From an uncultured candidate division Zixibacteria bacterium (GTDB taxonomy: Bacteria; Zixibacteria; MSB-5A5; UBA10806), in contig CAWFQL010000017.1 in NCBI GenBank assembly GCA_963817915.1, positions 288,001 through 352,000 on the forward strand: a stretch of DNA of 64,000 nt, in the 5' to 3' direction. The notes beneath the pieces were generated by a model. That model saw only the letters and a list, made by a program, of their open reading frames with translations. It had not been told where the DNA came from and searched no databases. Below are positions 9,630 through 20,460 of the stretch, piece by piece; the stretch's first letter is position 1; the number at the start of each line of letters is the position of its first letter. The translations under genes and the position numbers were made by a program.

Positions 9630-12600
9630 ATGCTCTGCCGAAAAAAACTGATTTTGTTAGGACAGGCATTTTTTTCGATTAGTATCTTAATAAGCATATC
9701 TTCAGCTTCGACCATTTTTGACGGCGATGTAGAAATTTTAAAATCCGATAATTCAGGCGTAACCCTGAAATATAAAGTTCCTTCGAGTTCGTTTACGCCG
9801 TTTGAACAGGGCAATAACAAATATCATTCTCTTAATATTGAGCGAACGGCTCAAAATCGCGTTGAAGGACAATCAATAATTCCTATAAAGATTGTGCCGT
9901 TGGCCTTGCCTCCCGGCGCCACTGCCAAAATCCAGGTGATCGACGCAAATTATAAGGATGCGGAATTTAAAAAATTGCCGCCATTTTTTGCTCGTTCTTC
10001 AAAGGAAGAATACGACAAGGCATACGAAGATGCCTCATTAAAGAGCACCGTGACGCATAGCGATCCATATATAGTATCATTCGATAATTTGAGGGGATTA
10101 AAAATTGCCAGAATTGGCATCCCTGCGATTAGGTACTCTGAAAACCCGCCAAGTTTATCGATGCTCCAGACCATCACGCTTAGAGTGGATTTTGTGGGCG
10201 GACAGTCAAATTTGCCGGTGTCATTCCAGCATCCTGGAAATGCGTTTAATAAGATTTTTTCCAAGGTGGTCGCCAACTATGATGTCGGGGCCAATTGGGT
10301 CGCCAAAGAACAGAAAATTGCTCTTGGAGCGTCAGCGACTTCAAGCGTATTCGATTCAGCATCCACATGGTTCAGAATGGAGCTTACAACAGAGGGGATT
10401 TATTCTATCGGCTGGAATCAATTTCGATCATTAGGGATAGCTAATCCAGATGTGGATATTGATCCTTCGCGCGTGCGTGTCTTCTATGGAGGCGGCAGGG
10501 AACTACCTCCCAATAATAGTACGCCCCGTCCGGAATTTAGGGAAATCCCAATACAGTTTATCGATGCAAATGGCAATGGTGTATTCGATGGTTTGGATTT
10601 ATTTGTATTTTACGCCGACGGAGTCGATAGTTGGGAATATGATTCGACCTTGAATAATTTTATTCGGTATAAAAATCATTATACCAGCAAGAATGTATTT
10701 TGGCTCACAATCGACGGGAATTTTTCCGGACCTGCCAAACGATATCCAAGCTGGGATGGAAATCCCAATGGGGCATATGATGTCTCTACTGATTCATACA
10801 CTGCAATGTTTAATAAAGAAGAAGATATTCTATTCTGGAAATATTCACCAATCCAACAGGATTATAATGATTATTTTGAATGGTATTGGGCTTCGGGAAA
10901 ATCATTTTCAACCAGCGCGCAGTTGTATGATGTTGTTTCTGGCGGAACGGCGGAAATAATAGTCAGGCATAGGGCAGGTAATCTTTCGCTGACGGTAAAC
11001 AGCTCAAGTGCAACCCCGATGCGCCAATTACCTCCTTTTTCGATATTTTCGGCATCGAATCTTAGGGACGGACTCAATAGTATCACATTACAGTCAGTTA
11101 CCAATTTCTATACTGATTATATAAATATTCTTTATCCCAGATGGCTGAGGACAATTGACGGCAATTTGCGATTCTCGCAACCGGATACTTTTGGGGTTGT
11201 CCGTTATAATCTTACCAATGTAGATTCGGATTATTTGCTTCTGGATATATCCGACAAGATGAATCCCGTTAAAATAGCAGGCGGGTCATGGAGTGGGCAG
11301 AATCTATCATTTCTTGATACTGTATCAGCGCAATCGCATAAACAGTATTATATTTCAAACAAGAATCGATTCAAGACTCCCAGTTCGATAACGACCTATC
11401 AAATTGATAATTTGAAAGATGTGAATTCATCAAACAACCGCGCTGATGAGATTATATTGACTTACGATGGATTCTATGATCAGGCAGTGCGCTTGGCCCA
11501 GCATCGTCAGAACGTATATGGTCTGGCCACAAGAATAGTCAAAATATCAGATGTCTATAATCAATTTTCTTACGGCCTTTTGGATGCCATTGCCATAAGG
11601 GATTTTCTGAAATATGCTTATGAAAATTGGCAATCGCCAGCGCCATCCTACGTGGTTTTGCTGGGAGATGGCAATTATGATTATAGAAATTACATGGGTT
11701 CAAGTTCTCATATTTATATACCGCCATATGAATATCTGCCTCTATTCGGCAGCGACCTCGGAATGTCGGACGAGCTTTTTGTCTATTTTGGGAGTTACGG
11801 TAATCTCGATTCGGATTCAAATTCAATTCCCGACATGATGATTGGAAGAATTTCTGCCCGATCGGTACAAGATGCTTCCGAGATGATTGATAAGATAATC
11901 GATTACGACAGCAATCCGGATCTTGGCCCCTGGAGAAACAGGGTAGTCGTTGCTGCAGATGATAATCTTCACCCTCCGCATGATAACGATTGGAATCATA
12001 CCGCGCAAGCCGAGGATCTGGCTAATCACCATGTGCCCAATAGCTTTGAAACCGGTAAGATTTATTTGATTGAATATCCAATGGGGGCAGGCGGCGAAAA
12101 ACCGCAGGCAAGAGAAGCCCTTATGAGCGCATATAATCAGGGCTCATTGATCATCGATTGGATTGGACACGGGAGCGCCGGTCTTTGGGCTGACGAGCAC
12201 ATTTTCCGGAGAATCGAAGATATTCCACGTTTGCATAACGGCAAAAGACTTTCTCTGGTATTCACCGCCTCATGCTCGATTGGCGCATTTGATTTTCCGG
12301 CATTTGAAAGCATGGCGGAGGAATTGGCTCGCACTTATGGACGCGGGGCAATTGCGGTAATCTCGGCAACAAGAGGAGTATATGCCACATCCAATGGCCA
12401 ATTCAATAATGCAGTATTCGATCAGTTATTGAATTCAGATTCAGTTGGAATAGGCGCCGCGATGTATATAGCGAAATTTTTGAGGCAATCAGGCGATAGC
12501 GGAACTAATACAAATGACAGAGTATATGTGCTTTTTGGAGACCCGGCGCAGCTTTTGCAATTTCCCAAGTATAAGGTGAGATTCAATTCTGTCCCGGATT

Positions 12601-13658
12601 CATTGGCCGCGCTTACCGAGAACGAGGTTTCAGGTGAAATTACCGATGTTGCCGGCAATATTATGAGCGATTTTAACGGCACTGTTTGGGTTTCCGTTAA
12701 AGATGGAGCGACCTTAAGATCTGTGGCCCTGCTCGATCGATATAATAATCCGATATCTCCACCCCAATTCATAAGCTTTATTAAATCCGGCGCCACCATT
12801 TTTCATGGCCCTACGGATGTCGTCAATGGTCATTTTACTGGCCGATTTTTTACTCCGAAAGATATTTCTTATGGCAGCGCTGATGCCAGGATATATGCTT
12901 ATGGTGAAAATGGGGTTTACGATGCCGTCGGAGTAGCAGATTCCCTTAGAATTTCTGGTTCAATGCCGACCGATCAAGATTCGACCGGCCCTGTTATACA
13001 TCTATTTGTTGACGGGAGGCCGTTCAGACAAGAAATAACACAGGTTCCATCGGCTTTTGTACTTACAGCGGATATTACCGATGATCACGGGGTCAATATT
13101 ACCGGTCAGTTGGGTCATGGAATAGTTTTAAGTATCGACGATGGCAGAGTATTAGAAATGGATATCACCGGCAACTTTAGTTACGGTAGAGGAAATTATC
13201 AGGGCGGTGTTTTGACATTCCAAACGCCCGAACTGCCGCTTGGACAGCATACTTTGTCTTTGAAGGCCTGGGATAATTTCAATAATTCCACGCTGACTAA
13301 TTCAAATATTGAAGTGGTTTCAACTCAAAATCTTGCTATCTCCAATGTTATGAATTATCCGAATCCTGTGAAGGGAATCGGAGTGAATACATCATTCCAA
13401 TACTGCCTGAATGAAAATGTAGATAAAATTATAATCAAAATATTCACTGAAGCGGGGAGAAAGATAAAGACGTTGGAATTTACAAGTCCGGATTATACGC
13501 AGATGGATTGTCATCAGGTTGATTGGAATCTTAGAGATGGCGATGGCGATCCTATTGCCGATGGAATTTATTTATATAAAGTTATAGCGGAAAAGCAGGA
13601 TGGGAACGGTTCCCATTCGGAAGCTGACGATACCAGAAAATTAGTAATACTGAGGTAA
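9630..13658 (+). CDS. porU: PorU-like T9SS sortase (peptidase C25) with C-terminal FlgD/CTD Ig domain
   Basis: Signal peptide; C25 propeptide-like region; AIRDFLKYAY, VVLLGDG, MIGRIS; catalytic His (WIGHG) and Cys (TASC); DSTGP, GQLGH, LKAWDNFNNS; NYPNP CTD. Confidence 0.85.
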   Translation: MLCRKKLILLGQAFFSISILISISSASTIFDGDVEILKSDNSGVTLKYKVPSSSFTPFEQGNNKYHSLNIERTAQNRVEGQSIIPIKIVPLALPPGATAKIQVIDANYKDAEFKKLPPFFARSSKEEYDKAYEDASLKSTVTHSDPYIVSFDNLRGLKIARIGIPAIRYSENPPSLSMLQTITLRVDFVGGQSNLPVSFQHPGNAFNKIFSKVVANYDVGANWVAKEQKIALGASATSSVFDSASTWFRMELTTEGIYSIGWNQFRSLGIANPDVDIDPSRVRVFYGGGRELPPNNSTPRPEFREIPIQFIDANGNGVFDGLDLFVFYADGVDSWEYDSTLNNFIRYKNHYTSKNVFWLTIDGNFSGPAKRYPSWDGNPNGAYDVSTDSYTAMFNKEEDILFWKYSPIQQDYNDYFEWYWASGKSFSTSAQLYDVVSGGTAEIIVRHRAGNLSLTVNSSSATPMRQLPPFSIFSASNLRDGLNSITLQSVTNFYTDYINILYPRWLRTIDGNLRFSQPDTFGVVRYNLTNVDSDYLLLDISDKMNPVKIAGGSWSGQNLSFLDTVSAQSHKQYYISNKNRFKTPSSITTYQIDNLKDVNSSNNRADEIILTYDGFYDQAVRLAQHRQNVYGLATRIVKISDVYNQFSYGLLDAIAIRDFLKYAYENWQSPAPSYVVLLGDGNYDYRNYMGSSSHIYIPPYEYLPLFGSDLGMSDELFVYFGSYGNLDSDSNSIPDMMIGRISARSVQDASEMIDKIIDYDSNPDLGPWRNRVVVAADDNLHPPHDNDWNHTAQAEDLANHHVPNSFETGKIYLIEYPMGAGGEKPQAREALMSAYNQGSLIIDWIGHGSAGLWADEHIFRRIEDIPRLHNGKRLSLVFTASCSIGAFDFPAFESMAEELARTYGRGAIAVISATRGVYATSNGQFNNAVFDQLLNSDSVGIGAAMYIAKFLRQSGDSGTNTNDRVYVLFGDPAQLLQFPKYKVRFNSVPDSLAALTENEVSGEITDVAGNIMSDFNGTVWVSVKDGATLRSVALLDRYNNPISPPQFISFIKSGATIFHGPTDVVNGHFTGRFFTPKDISYGSADARIYAYGENGVYDAVGVADSLRISGSMPTDQDSTGPVIHLFVDGRPFRQEITQVPSAFVLTADITDDHGVNITGQLGHGIVLSIDDGRVLEMDITGNFSYGRGNYQGGVLTFQTPELPLGQHTLSLKAWDNFNNSTLTNSNIEVVSTQNLAISNVMNYPNPVKGIGVNTSFQYCLNENVDKIIIKIFTEAGRKIKTLEFTSPDYTQMDCHQVDWNLRDGDGDPIADGIYLYKVIAEKQDGNGSHSEADDTRKLVILR

Positions 13659-13716
13659 GAAACTGTATGAATTTGACCGACAATAATATAGATCATCATT
13701 GTAATCGGAGGATGGA

Positions 13717-16293
13717 ATGAGGCAGTATAAATTAGTAATATTACTTTTATTGGCGATGTCAGCATTAGCCGCGGCCCAGGTTTCGCAAACTGCGGTCCAG
13801 TTCTTGTTGATAGCACCGGGGGCCAGGGCCGGAGGCATGGGAGAGACATTTATTGCGATTTCGGATGATGCCACGGCCGTACATTGGAATCCAGCGGGTC
13901 TTGGACGGTATCCGCTCACTGCTTCGTGGCTCGATTTTAACTCCGCTCCCGGCGATACAATTCAATCATTATCAATGGTTAAAAATAATTTGCCCGAAAA
14001 TAATTATCGTCAATATGATCTTTGGAGCATTATTAACGGTCACCTTACCAAATGGGACGGCGCTCACTGGGTTGCGGGCACGTTACAGCCATTGAGAGCT
14101 GGAGCTTCACTGGAATCAGTGATAATGCGCTATACCGGCTTGGGCGAAAACGAAGCGGCGCCATATATTGATAAATTGGCCAGAGCCAATAATACTATCA
14201 TGCCTGAAACAATGGATTCATTGAAAACAGAAATAATGGCGGCTCTTCCTCAGGATTATTTATATAAAGAAGATCTCCAATATGGCTTTGAAAAACTCCA
14301 TAAGGCATGGCTTCAGCTTCGAATAAATGTCAAAGGATTTTCCGCAATTCGGAATGATATAAACAATGTCCTGGCTGATTCAATAGCCACCACCGATGAA
14401 ATGGATAAAGTGACATTCGGTTTTGATAGAGGAATCGAAGCCAAGGGCGACAGAGAAGTCTGGCTGCCGTACGACTTGACTCTTCCGGATAAGATTAATT
14501 GCCTCAATTCCGATGAAGAAATTCTTTATCTCGGAACCAATAATGGCTTATACAGATTCGATCCTCAAAAGAGCATCTGGTCATTTTTTACGGTCGCCAA
14601 AGATTCGCTGCCATCGGATAATATCACGGCGATTGAAAAAGGCTCCAAGAAAATGATGTATATAGGCACGTCAAATGGGCTGGTGAAATTCACCGGCAGG
14701 AATATTACCAAATTCCCGCCCAATTCCGATGTGCCTACAGGTCAGATTGACGCTATTGCCGCGTCAAGCGATCGTGATGCCTGGCTGGCATCGGATGGCA
14801 TCCTTTATCACTATGACGGCGCCAAATGGAGCCAATTCAAGGAAAAAGAATTATCGATCGGGGAGAGCATTCCCAAAGTTGTCGAGAAATTTTATGGTGA
14901 AATAGGCACTGTCATGTATGATACAGTTATGAGCATGGTAACTGCCTACAATTCAACAAAGGGAGATACAACTCAAACCGGGAAGCCGATAAAATTGCCG
15001 TATAATCTCGGATACAGAGGAAAGATAACAGCTCTCGGTGTCGATGAAAGATACCGTCTCTGGATCGGTACTACTTACGGAGTAAGTCTTTTCACCGGCG
15101 ATGATTTCAAGCTATTTGGATACAAGATATATCAGGCGCCGGAGTCCACTTCAGTGCAGTCAGTTGCCGCTCAATATATAACCGATCGTGATCCTCAAAA
15201 GATCGAGCTGCTTTCATCGAAGATAAGGCAGTTTAACGGGCTTGAGTCCGATCAGATCAATTCCGGCAAAAAGCTTTTGGTTTATTCCAATTCACTGGGA
15301 TCGGAAATAAAAGCTATCAGACCAATTACCGGAAAAAAAGTTGCGGTCGCTACATCGTACGGCGCGGTCGAATATGATAATGGCAAATGGAGTCGAATTC
15401 AGAATCTGGATATTGCCAGGTCTAATGTCTCCAATATATATGCCAAGTCTGGCGATATGTGGTTTGCATCTCCTAAAAAAGTCTCGGTCTATGCCGCAGC
15501 CAAAAAACAGGTGACATTCATGCATTCCAATTATCTGGTGCAGCTTGCCAGCGATCTTTATTACGATTTCTTTTCGATCGTATATCCAACAGCCGATTGG
15601 GGGACATTTGGTTTCGGAGTTCATTTCATTTCATATGGAGAGCAACTGCGCACAAATGAAAACAATTTGCCCGAAGGCTCGTTTACTTCTTATGATATAG
15701 CGTTTACAGTATCATACGGCACGAATCTAATGAACAACCTCTATGGAGGACTTTCAGTTCGCTATATAAATTCGCATCTTTCAGTGGTAGGCGCCGGTGC
15801 TGAAAGAGGTAAAGGTGTAGGGTATTCGCTGGCAGTTGATGCCGGCGTGATCTATGATATGACCCGCCGACTCACTCTGGCCGCGACCGTAACCAACCTC
15901 GGCCCCGATATAGCCTATATCGATGCTGATCAGGCGGACCCGTTACCAAGAAAATTGGCGCTCGGTTTTGCCTATAAACTTATCGATTCGCCATTTAATA
16001 AATTGACAGTTTTGGGCGAAGCCACAAAACTATTGGTTGATTTGAATCACAGTGTCAAGACGGAGATTGAAGAGATTATTCCGCATATCGGAATCGAGTA
16101 CTGGTATTCGAATTATGTGGCTTTAAGAGCGGGATATGTCTACGACAAAATCGGCGTGCAAAAATACTTTACTTTGGGCACGTCGCTGCAATACAGCAGT
16201 TATCGATTTGATTTCTCTTATATTCCAGCGTCGAGCGAGGAGACTAATAGGTTGGCCAATACTATGCGTTTTTCCATGAATGTGGGGTTCTAA
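13717..16293 (+). CDS. porV: PorV-family outer membrane protein with ~530-aa beta-propeller/LysM-like insertion
   Basis: TAVQFLLIAPGARAGGMGE..DDATAVHWNPAGL N-terminus; C-terminal barrel with SDLYY, YINSHL, AVDAG, NLGP..DQADPLP, ALRAGY, YFTLG, RFS; terminal Phe. Confidence 0.8.
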   Translation: MRQYKLVILLLLAMSALAAAQVSQTAVQFLLIAPGARAGGMGETFIAISDDATAVHWNPAGLGRYPLTASWLDFNSAPGDTIQSLSMVKNNLPENNYRQYDLWSIINGHLTKWDGAHWVAGTLQPLRAGASLESVIMRYTGLGENEAAPYIDKLARANNTIMPETMDSLKTEIMAALPQDYLYKEDLQYGFEKLHKAWLQLRINVKGFSAIRNDINNVLADSIATTDEMDKVTFGFDRGIEAKGDREVWLPYDLTLPDKINCLNSDEEILYLGTNNGLYRFDPQKSIWSFFTVAKDSLPSDNITAIEKGSKKMMYIGTSNGLVKFTGRNITKFPPNSDVPTGQIDAIAASSDRDAWLASDGILYHYDGAKWSQFKEKELSIGESIPKVVEKFYGEIGTVMYDTVMSMVTAYNSTKGDTTQTGKPIKLPYNLGYRGKITALGVDERYRLWIGTTYGVSLFTGDDFKLFGYKIYQAPESTSVQSVAAQYITDRDPQKIELLSSKIRQFNGLESDQINSGKKLLVYSNSLGSEIKAIRPITGKKVAVATSYGAVEYDNGKWSRIQNLDIARSNVSNIYAKSGDMWFASPKKVSVYAAAKKQVTFMHSNYLVQLASDLYYDFFSIVYPTADWGTFGFGVHFISYGEQLRTNENNLPEGSFTSYDIAFTVSYGTNLMNNLYGGLSVRYINSHLSVVGAGAERGKGVGYSLAVDAGVIYDMTRRLTLAATVTNLGPDIAYIDADQADPLPRKLALGFAYKLIDSPFNKLTVLGEATKLLVDLNHSVKTEIEEIIPHIGIEYWYSNYVALRAGYVYDKIGVQKYFTLGTSLQYSSYRFDFSYIPASSEETNRLANTMRFSMNVGF

Positions 16294-16297
16294 GATA

Positions 16298-19200
16298 GTG
16301 AATTTATCGAAACGCACTTTAATAATTGCTATTGGCATACTATTTTTGGTCTCGGCCCACTTTTCATTTGCCCAAAAGATTCTCAAGCCGCTTTCATTGA
16401 GATCAATTCCCAGAGAAAGTACGGTTAAGAGTGACGAATTCCGATCCGGCGTATCCGAAAAGAATTTGCTGGGATTGGAGCGGCCGTCGCTTTATGCATT
16501 GCCGACTGCGAAACACGGTATGCCATTAACTGCCGCGAGCATTATGTCTGATTCGATCAGGGTATTGGTTTTGAAGGTTGAATTTCAGAAAGAAATACCG
16601 GATGATCCATACACGACCGGCGATGGCACATTCGATCTTAGAACATATGATCAATTTGTAGCCGCGGAAGGACATTATATCGATCCCGCGCCTCATAATA
16701 CATCATATTTCAATGCTCACATGCAAGCTTTGCACAATTATTGGTATTATGTTTCCGAAAAGCAGCTGCAGATTCAATGGGATGTATATCCTCAACCAGA
16801 AAGCGTTTCGATTCAATTGCCGGTGCCAATGGCCTATTACGGATCGAATATGAATTGGGAAAGTATCGGCGACAGACTCGGTAATTTTCTGATCCGCGCA
16901 ATTACACTTGCCGATTCATTATATCCTGAGATCGATTTCGGCCGTTACCAGGCGGTCATTGTTTTCCATGCTGGTTCGGATCAACAAAATAATCTTTCCT
17001 ATTTCCCTCAATTCGATACGCCATACGATTTCTATACAGGGTTCCTAAAGCTCAGCAAGCCAGTTATGGTGGATGATAGCACAGTTGCTATTCAGGAGGG
17101 GACGATACTCCCGGAATTTGCAAGTCAGGATAACCGTATTACCGCCCTAAATGGTGTAGTAGCCCATGAATTTGGACATCAATTAGGACTCGTAGACCTA
17201 TACAAAACCGACAATTTCTTTACGCAGGTTGGCGATTTTTCGCTGATGGACAACAATGGAATGTCGGTCGGTGTCCAATTCCCTGATATAGGGCCGACAG
17301 TCGGCGGTACGATGCCTGTTTACCCCGATGCCTGGTCGAGGGCTTATCTTGGATTCGATATACCTCGTGAAATTACCGATGGGAATAATGTGCCAATTTC
17401 AGCGGCCGCTCAAAATCATGGAAGTACAGAGATAATCAAAGTGCCAATTACCGAATACGAATATTTCCTGATTGAAAATAGACAGCAGGACGCCGACACA
17501 TTGGATCCATCCAACCCATTTGCTGATATTTTAGTTGGCGATCCGGCTACAGGAGTGATTTTAGGCCCGGGGTTTGCATATTTTCAGGGAAACGATACAA
17601 TTTTGGTTTCCGATGGCGAATACGATCGGATTACTCCCGGCAATGGTGCCGTAATATGGCACGTCGATGAAGCAGTCGCTTATCAGGATACTCTCCACAA
17701 TGGCGATAATAACTTTTTTAATAATACACTGCAATGGGACCCCGCCAGGAGATTTCTGTCATTGGTAGAAGCTGATGGCGTAATCGATTTCGGAGGGTAT
17801 TACTACCGGGGTTATGGCGATGATAATGATTATTTTAAGGGACCGAATAGGGTATCATTTACGCCCAGCACTAATCCATCATCGAATTCCATTCTGGGAT
17901 GCGATTCTCATATTTCTGTTACGGATATTTCCAATTCGGATACTTTGATGTATGTTGATATAAATATCGATTGGCTGATGGCCGGATGGCCCCAAATGGG
18001 ATTGCCCAATCAAATGTCCGATCCGATAATAGCCGATCTTCTGTCGAATGATACTTCGGAAGTTTTGATTACGGCGTCCAATAGATTGCTTATCTGGAAG
18101 CCAAATGGACAAAAATTTATTTCCAATGGCGATTCCGTAGGAATCTTGAGATACGATAGCAGTATCGCAATCTATCCCTGGGCTATTGCCGCCGAATGCG
18201 ATAGTACGATTTCGACCAGGCCCGTGATTTTCGATTATAATGGCGACGGCGAAAATGATATCGCGTTGACTTCGAATTCGGGACGATTGTACGCGTTTAA
18301 TCCTCGTGATAACAACTCCGATGGCCGACTCGATCCGATTGTCGGTTTCCCTCTGGATCTGCATTTAAATACGCGGTTGGCTCCGATAACAGTGAATTTC
18401 CTACCAGGCGCTGAGAACGAGCTCATCGCATTCGATGATTCCGGCAAGGTGCATATGGTTTATAATGTCCTGGAAGACAGTGTCGTGTACAATTTTAACG
18501 GGATAGTAATTTCTGCCGCCGCGTATCAGGTTGCCGGGAAAAACGTAATCGACGCTTTGGTCAGTCAGCCAGGCGGAACGAGCCTGAATCGAATCGCGGC
18601 CGATTCCGGGACTGCGGTTTTCGCGCAGGAATTTTCGCCGGTAGCATTTCCATTTTATCATTATGTTCCCTCTATACCGGTTTCTATAATTGCAGTCGAT
18701 ATAGACAGGGATGGAAATTTGCCCGAAATCCTGATTACATTTTCCTACAAAATAGAGCTTATAAAAAATGACGGTTCAGTCGCGTGGTCTATCGATACTG
18801 ATCGTGAGCTTTATCATACCGCAATTGGCGATATTAATTCCGATGGTTATCCTGAAATCGTGATAGGCGCCGAATCGGCAATATACGCATTTAATTATAC
18901 AGGCTCTTTAATGCAGAATTTCCCCATCGATATGAACAAGTATAAACTCGGTGGAGCGATAATATCGTCGCCGATATTGGGGGATATTGATAACAATGCA
19001 GCACCGGAAATTATAGTCGGTTTGCCGGGCGGCGGCATTTACGCATTTGATCAATACTCTGACCGTGTCGCAGGATTCCCATTGCCGAGTTCATTTGGAG
19101 TCAGTAACTCGGCGGCGTTAGGCGATTTAAATAATGATGGGGAAATTGACCTGGTCACGGAGGAAAATTCGGGATTTGTCAAGGCCTGGAATTTATCAGC

Positions 19201-19585
19201 GCCATACGAATTCGCGAATGTTCCCTGGGGCATGGCAGGCGGCAATATCTTCAATAATTCTTATCTTTCGACAGTCTATCAAAAAAATATTGCGGCGACC
19301 GATCAGCAGTTGCCGGTGAATTCCGTATTCAATTATCCCAATCCCGCGACCAACAGTACAACCATCCGTTTTTACCTGAACAGCAATTCGAATGTGAAGA
19401 TAGAGATGTTTGATTTGATGGGCGACAGGATTCACGACGCAACCATTGCCGGGCAGGCGCACGCGGATAACGAGTATGTTTGGAATTGCCAAAATGTAGC
19501 TTCAGGAGTATACTATTGTCGTGTTGAAGCCGCGAATAATACGGGAAAAACATCGAGAATGATTAAAATTGCCATCGCCAAGTAG
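16298..19585 (+). CDS. M6 (immune inhibitor A-like) metalloprotease with FG-GAP repeats and T9SS-type CTD
   Basis: VFHAG, HEFGHQLGLVDLY (HExxH), FSLMD, EYFLIENRQ, IWHVDE; DxxxDG repeats; NYPNP...GVYY CTD; GTG start inferred at 16298. Confidence 0.85.
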   Translation: MNLSKRTLIIAIGILFLVSAHFSFAQKILKPLSLRSIPRESTVKSDEFRSGVSEKNLLGLERPSLYALPTAKHGMPLTAASIMSDSIRVLVLKVEFQKEIPDDPYTTGDGTFDLRTYDQFVAAEGHYIDPAPHNTSYFNAHMQALHNYWYYVSEKQLQIQWDVYPQPESVSIQLPVPMAYYGSNMNWESIGDRLGNFLIRAITLADSLYPEIDFGRYQAVIVFHAGSDQQNNLSYFPQFDTPYDFYTGFLKLSKPVMVDDSTVAIQEGTILPEFASQDNRITALNGVVAHEFGHQLGLVDLYKTDNFFTQVGDFSLMDNNGMSVGVQFPDIGPTVGGTMPVYPDAWSRAYLGFDIPREITDGNNVPISAAAQNHGSTEIIKVPITEYEYFLIENRQQDADTLDPSNPFADILVGDPATGVILGPGFAYFQGNDTILVSDGEYDRITPGNGAVIWHVDEAVAYQDTLHNGDNNFFNNTLQWDPARRFLSLVEADGVIDFGGYYYRGYGDDNDYFKGPNRVSFTPSTNPSSNSILGCDSHISVTDISNSDTLMYVDINIDWLMAGWPQMGLPNQMSDPIIADLLSNDTSEVLITASNRLLIWKPNGQKFISNGDSVGILRYDSSIAIYPWAIAAECDSTISTRPVIFDYNGDGENDIALTSNSGRLYAFNPRDNNSDGRLDPIVGFPLDLHLNTRLAPITVNFLPGAENELIAFDDSGKVHMVYNVLEDSVVYNFNGIVISAAAYQVAGKNVIDALVSQPGGTSLNRIAADSGTAVFAQEFSPVAFPFYHYVPSIPVSIIAVDIDRDGNLPEILITFSYKIELIKNDGSVAWSIDTDRELYHTAIGDINSDGYPEIVIGAESAIYAFNYTGSLMQNFPIDMNKYKLGGAIISSPILGDIDNNAAPEIIVGLPGGGIYAFDQYSDRVAGFPLPSSFGVSNSAALGDLNNDGEIDLVTEENSGFVKAWNLSAPYEFANVPWGMAGGNIFNNSYLSTVYQKNIAATDQQLPVNSVFNYPNPATNSTTIRFYLNSNSNVKIEMFDLMGDRIHDATIAGQAHADNEYVWNCQNVASGVYYCRVEAANNTGKTSRMIKIAIAK

Positions 19586-19614
19586 ATGTTATATTTAAAA
19601 TATCGGAGGATTAA

Positions 19615-20451
19615 ATGAAGAAAAGCATTCCAATTATAATTATGATAGGTGTCATATTGTGTCTTGCGGCTGAATCCTTTGCGGGTGGAATAACTAAAAC
19701 TACATCTGCTAAAGAACTATTTTTGCAGAATGGATTAACATTGGAAAAGTATTTCAGCCGAAAATTATATTTAGCCAAAAAAGATGATTTAACAAATACT
19801 GATGTTTACGAGTATGGTACCAAATCGCCTATGAAGGCCTTCGGCCTATCGTTGTTGGTGCCGGGTGCTGGTCAATATTATGTGGAGGCATCGAGGATAA
19901 AAACCGGCGTATTTTTGGGCGCCGATATTCTTCTATGGTCCGGATATCTCGTTTATCATCATAAAGGCGCCAACGGGGAAAAGGATTATCGGAGTTTCGC
20001 TGACCAGCATTATCTCTGGCAGACCTATGATCAATGGTGGTGGTCGCTGCCAGAGCCTACAAGAAACCACTATTCCCATTCTTTGCCGTGGGATCAAACT
20101 TTGAATCAGCCGATTAGAAATCGAGAGTATTATGAAAATATCGGGAAGTATGATCAGTTCCAGGTCGGCTGGGATGATGTTGGATTAAACAATCCTCCCG
20201 ATTCGACAAATAGCGTTACTTATGGCAATAGATTGCTTTATCTTAATATGCGCAAGAAGGCCAACGATTATTTTTCAAATGCCACGACCATGGCCATGAT
20301 TTCTATTGCCAACCATATTATCTCGGCATTTGATGCCGCAATTGGCGCCAAGAAATTCAACAGAGGCGGCAAGCAATATTCAATGGCTCTAAAAGCCAAG
20401 AGATATAACGGCAAAACAATACCATATCTTTCATTGGCGATGAAGTTTTAG
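19615..20451 (+). CDS. Uncharacterised exported/membrane protein (DUF5683-like), paralog 1
   Basis: Signal peptide; KSPMKAFGLSLLVPGAGQYY; ANHIISAFDA; ends MKF. Confidence 0.65.
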   Translation: MKKSIPIIIMIGVILCLAAESFAGGITKTTSAKELFLQNGLTLEKYFSRKLYLAKKDDLTNTDVYEYGTKSPMKAFGLSLLVPGAGQYYVEASRIKTGVFLGADILLWSGYLVYHHKGANGEKDYRSFADQHYLWQTYDQWWWSLPEPTRNHYSHSLPWDQTLNQPIRNREYYENIGKYDQFQVGWDDVGLNNPPDSTNSVTYGNRLLYLNMRKKANDYFSNATTMAMISIANHIISAFDAAIGAKKFNRGGKQYSMALKAKRYNGKTIPYLSLAMKF

Positions 20452-20460
20452 GTGGGAGAA

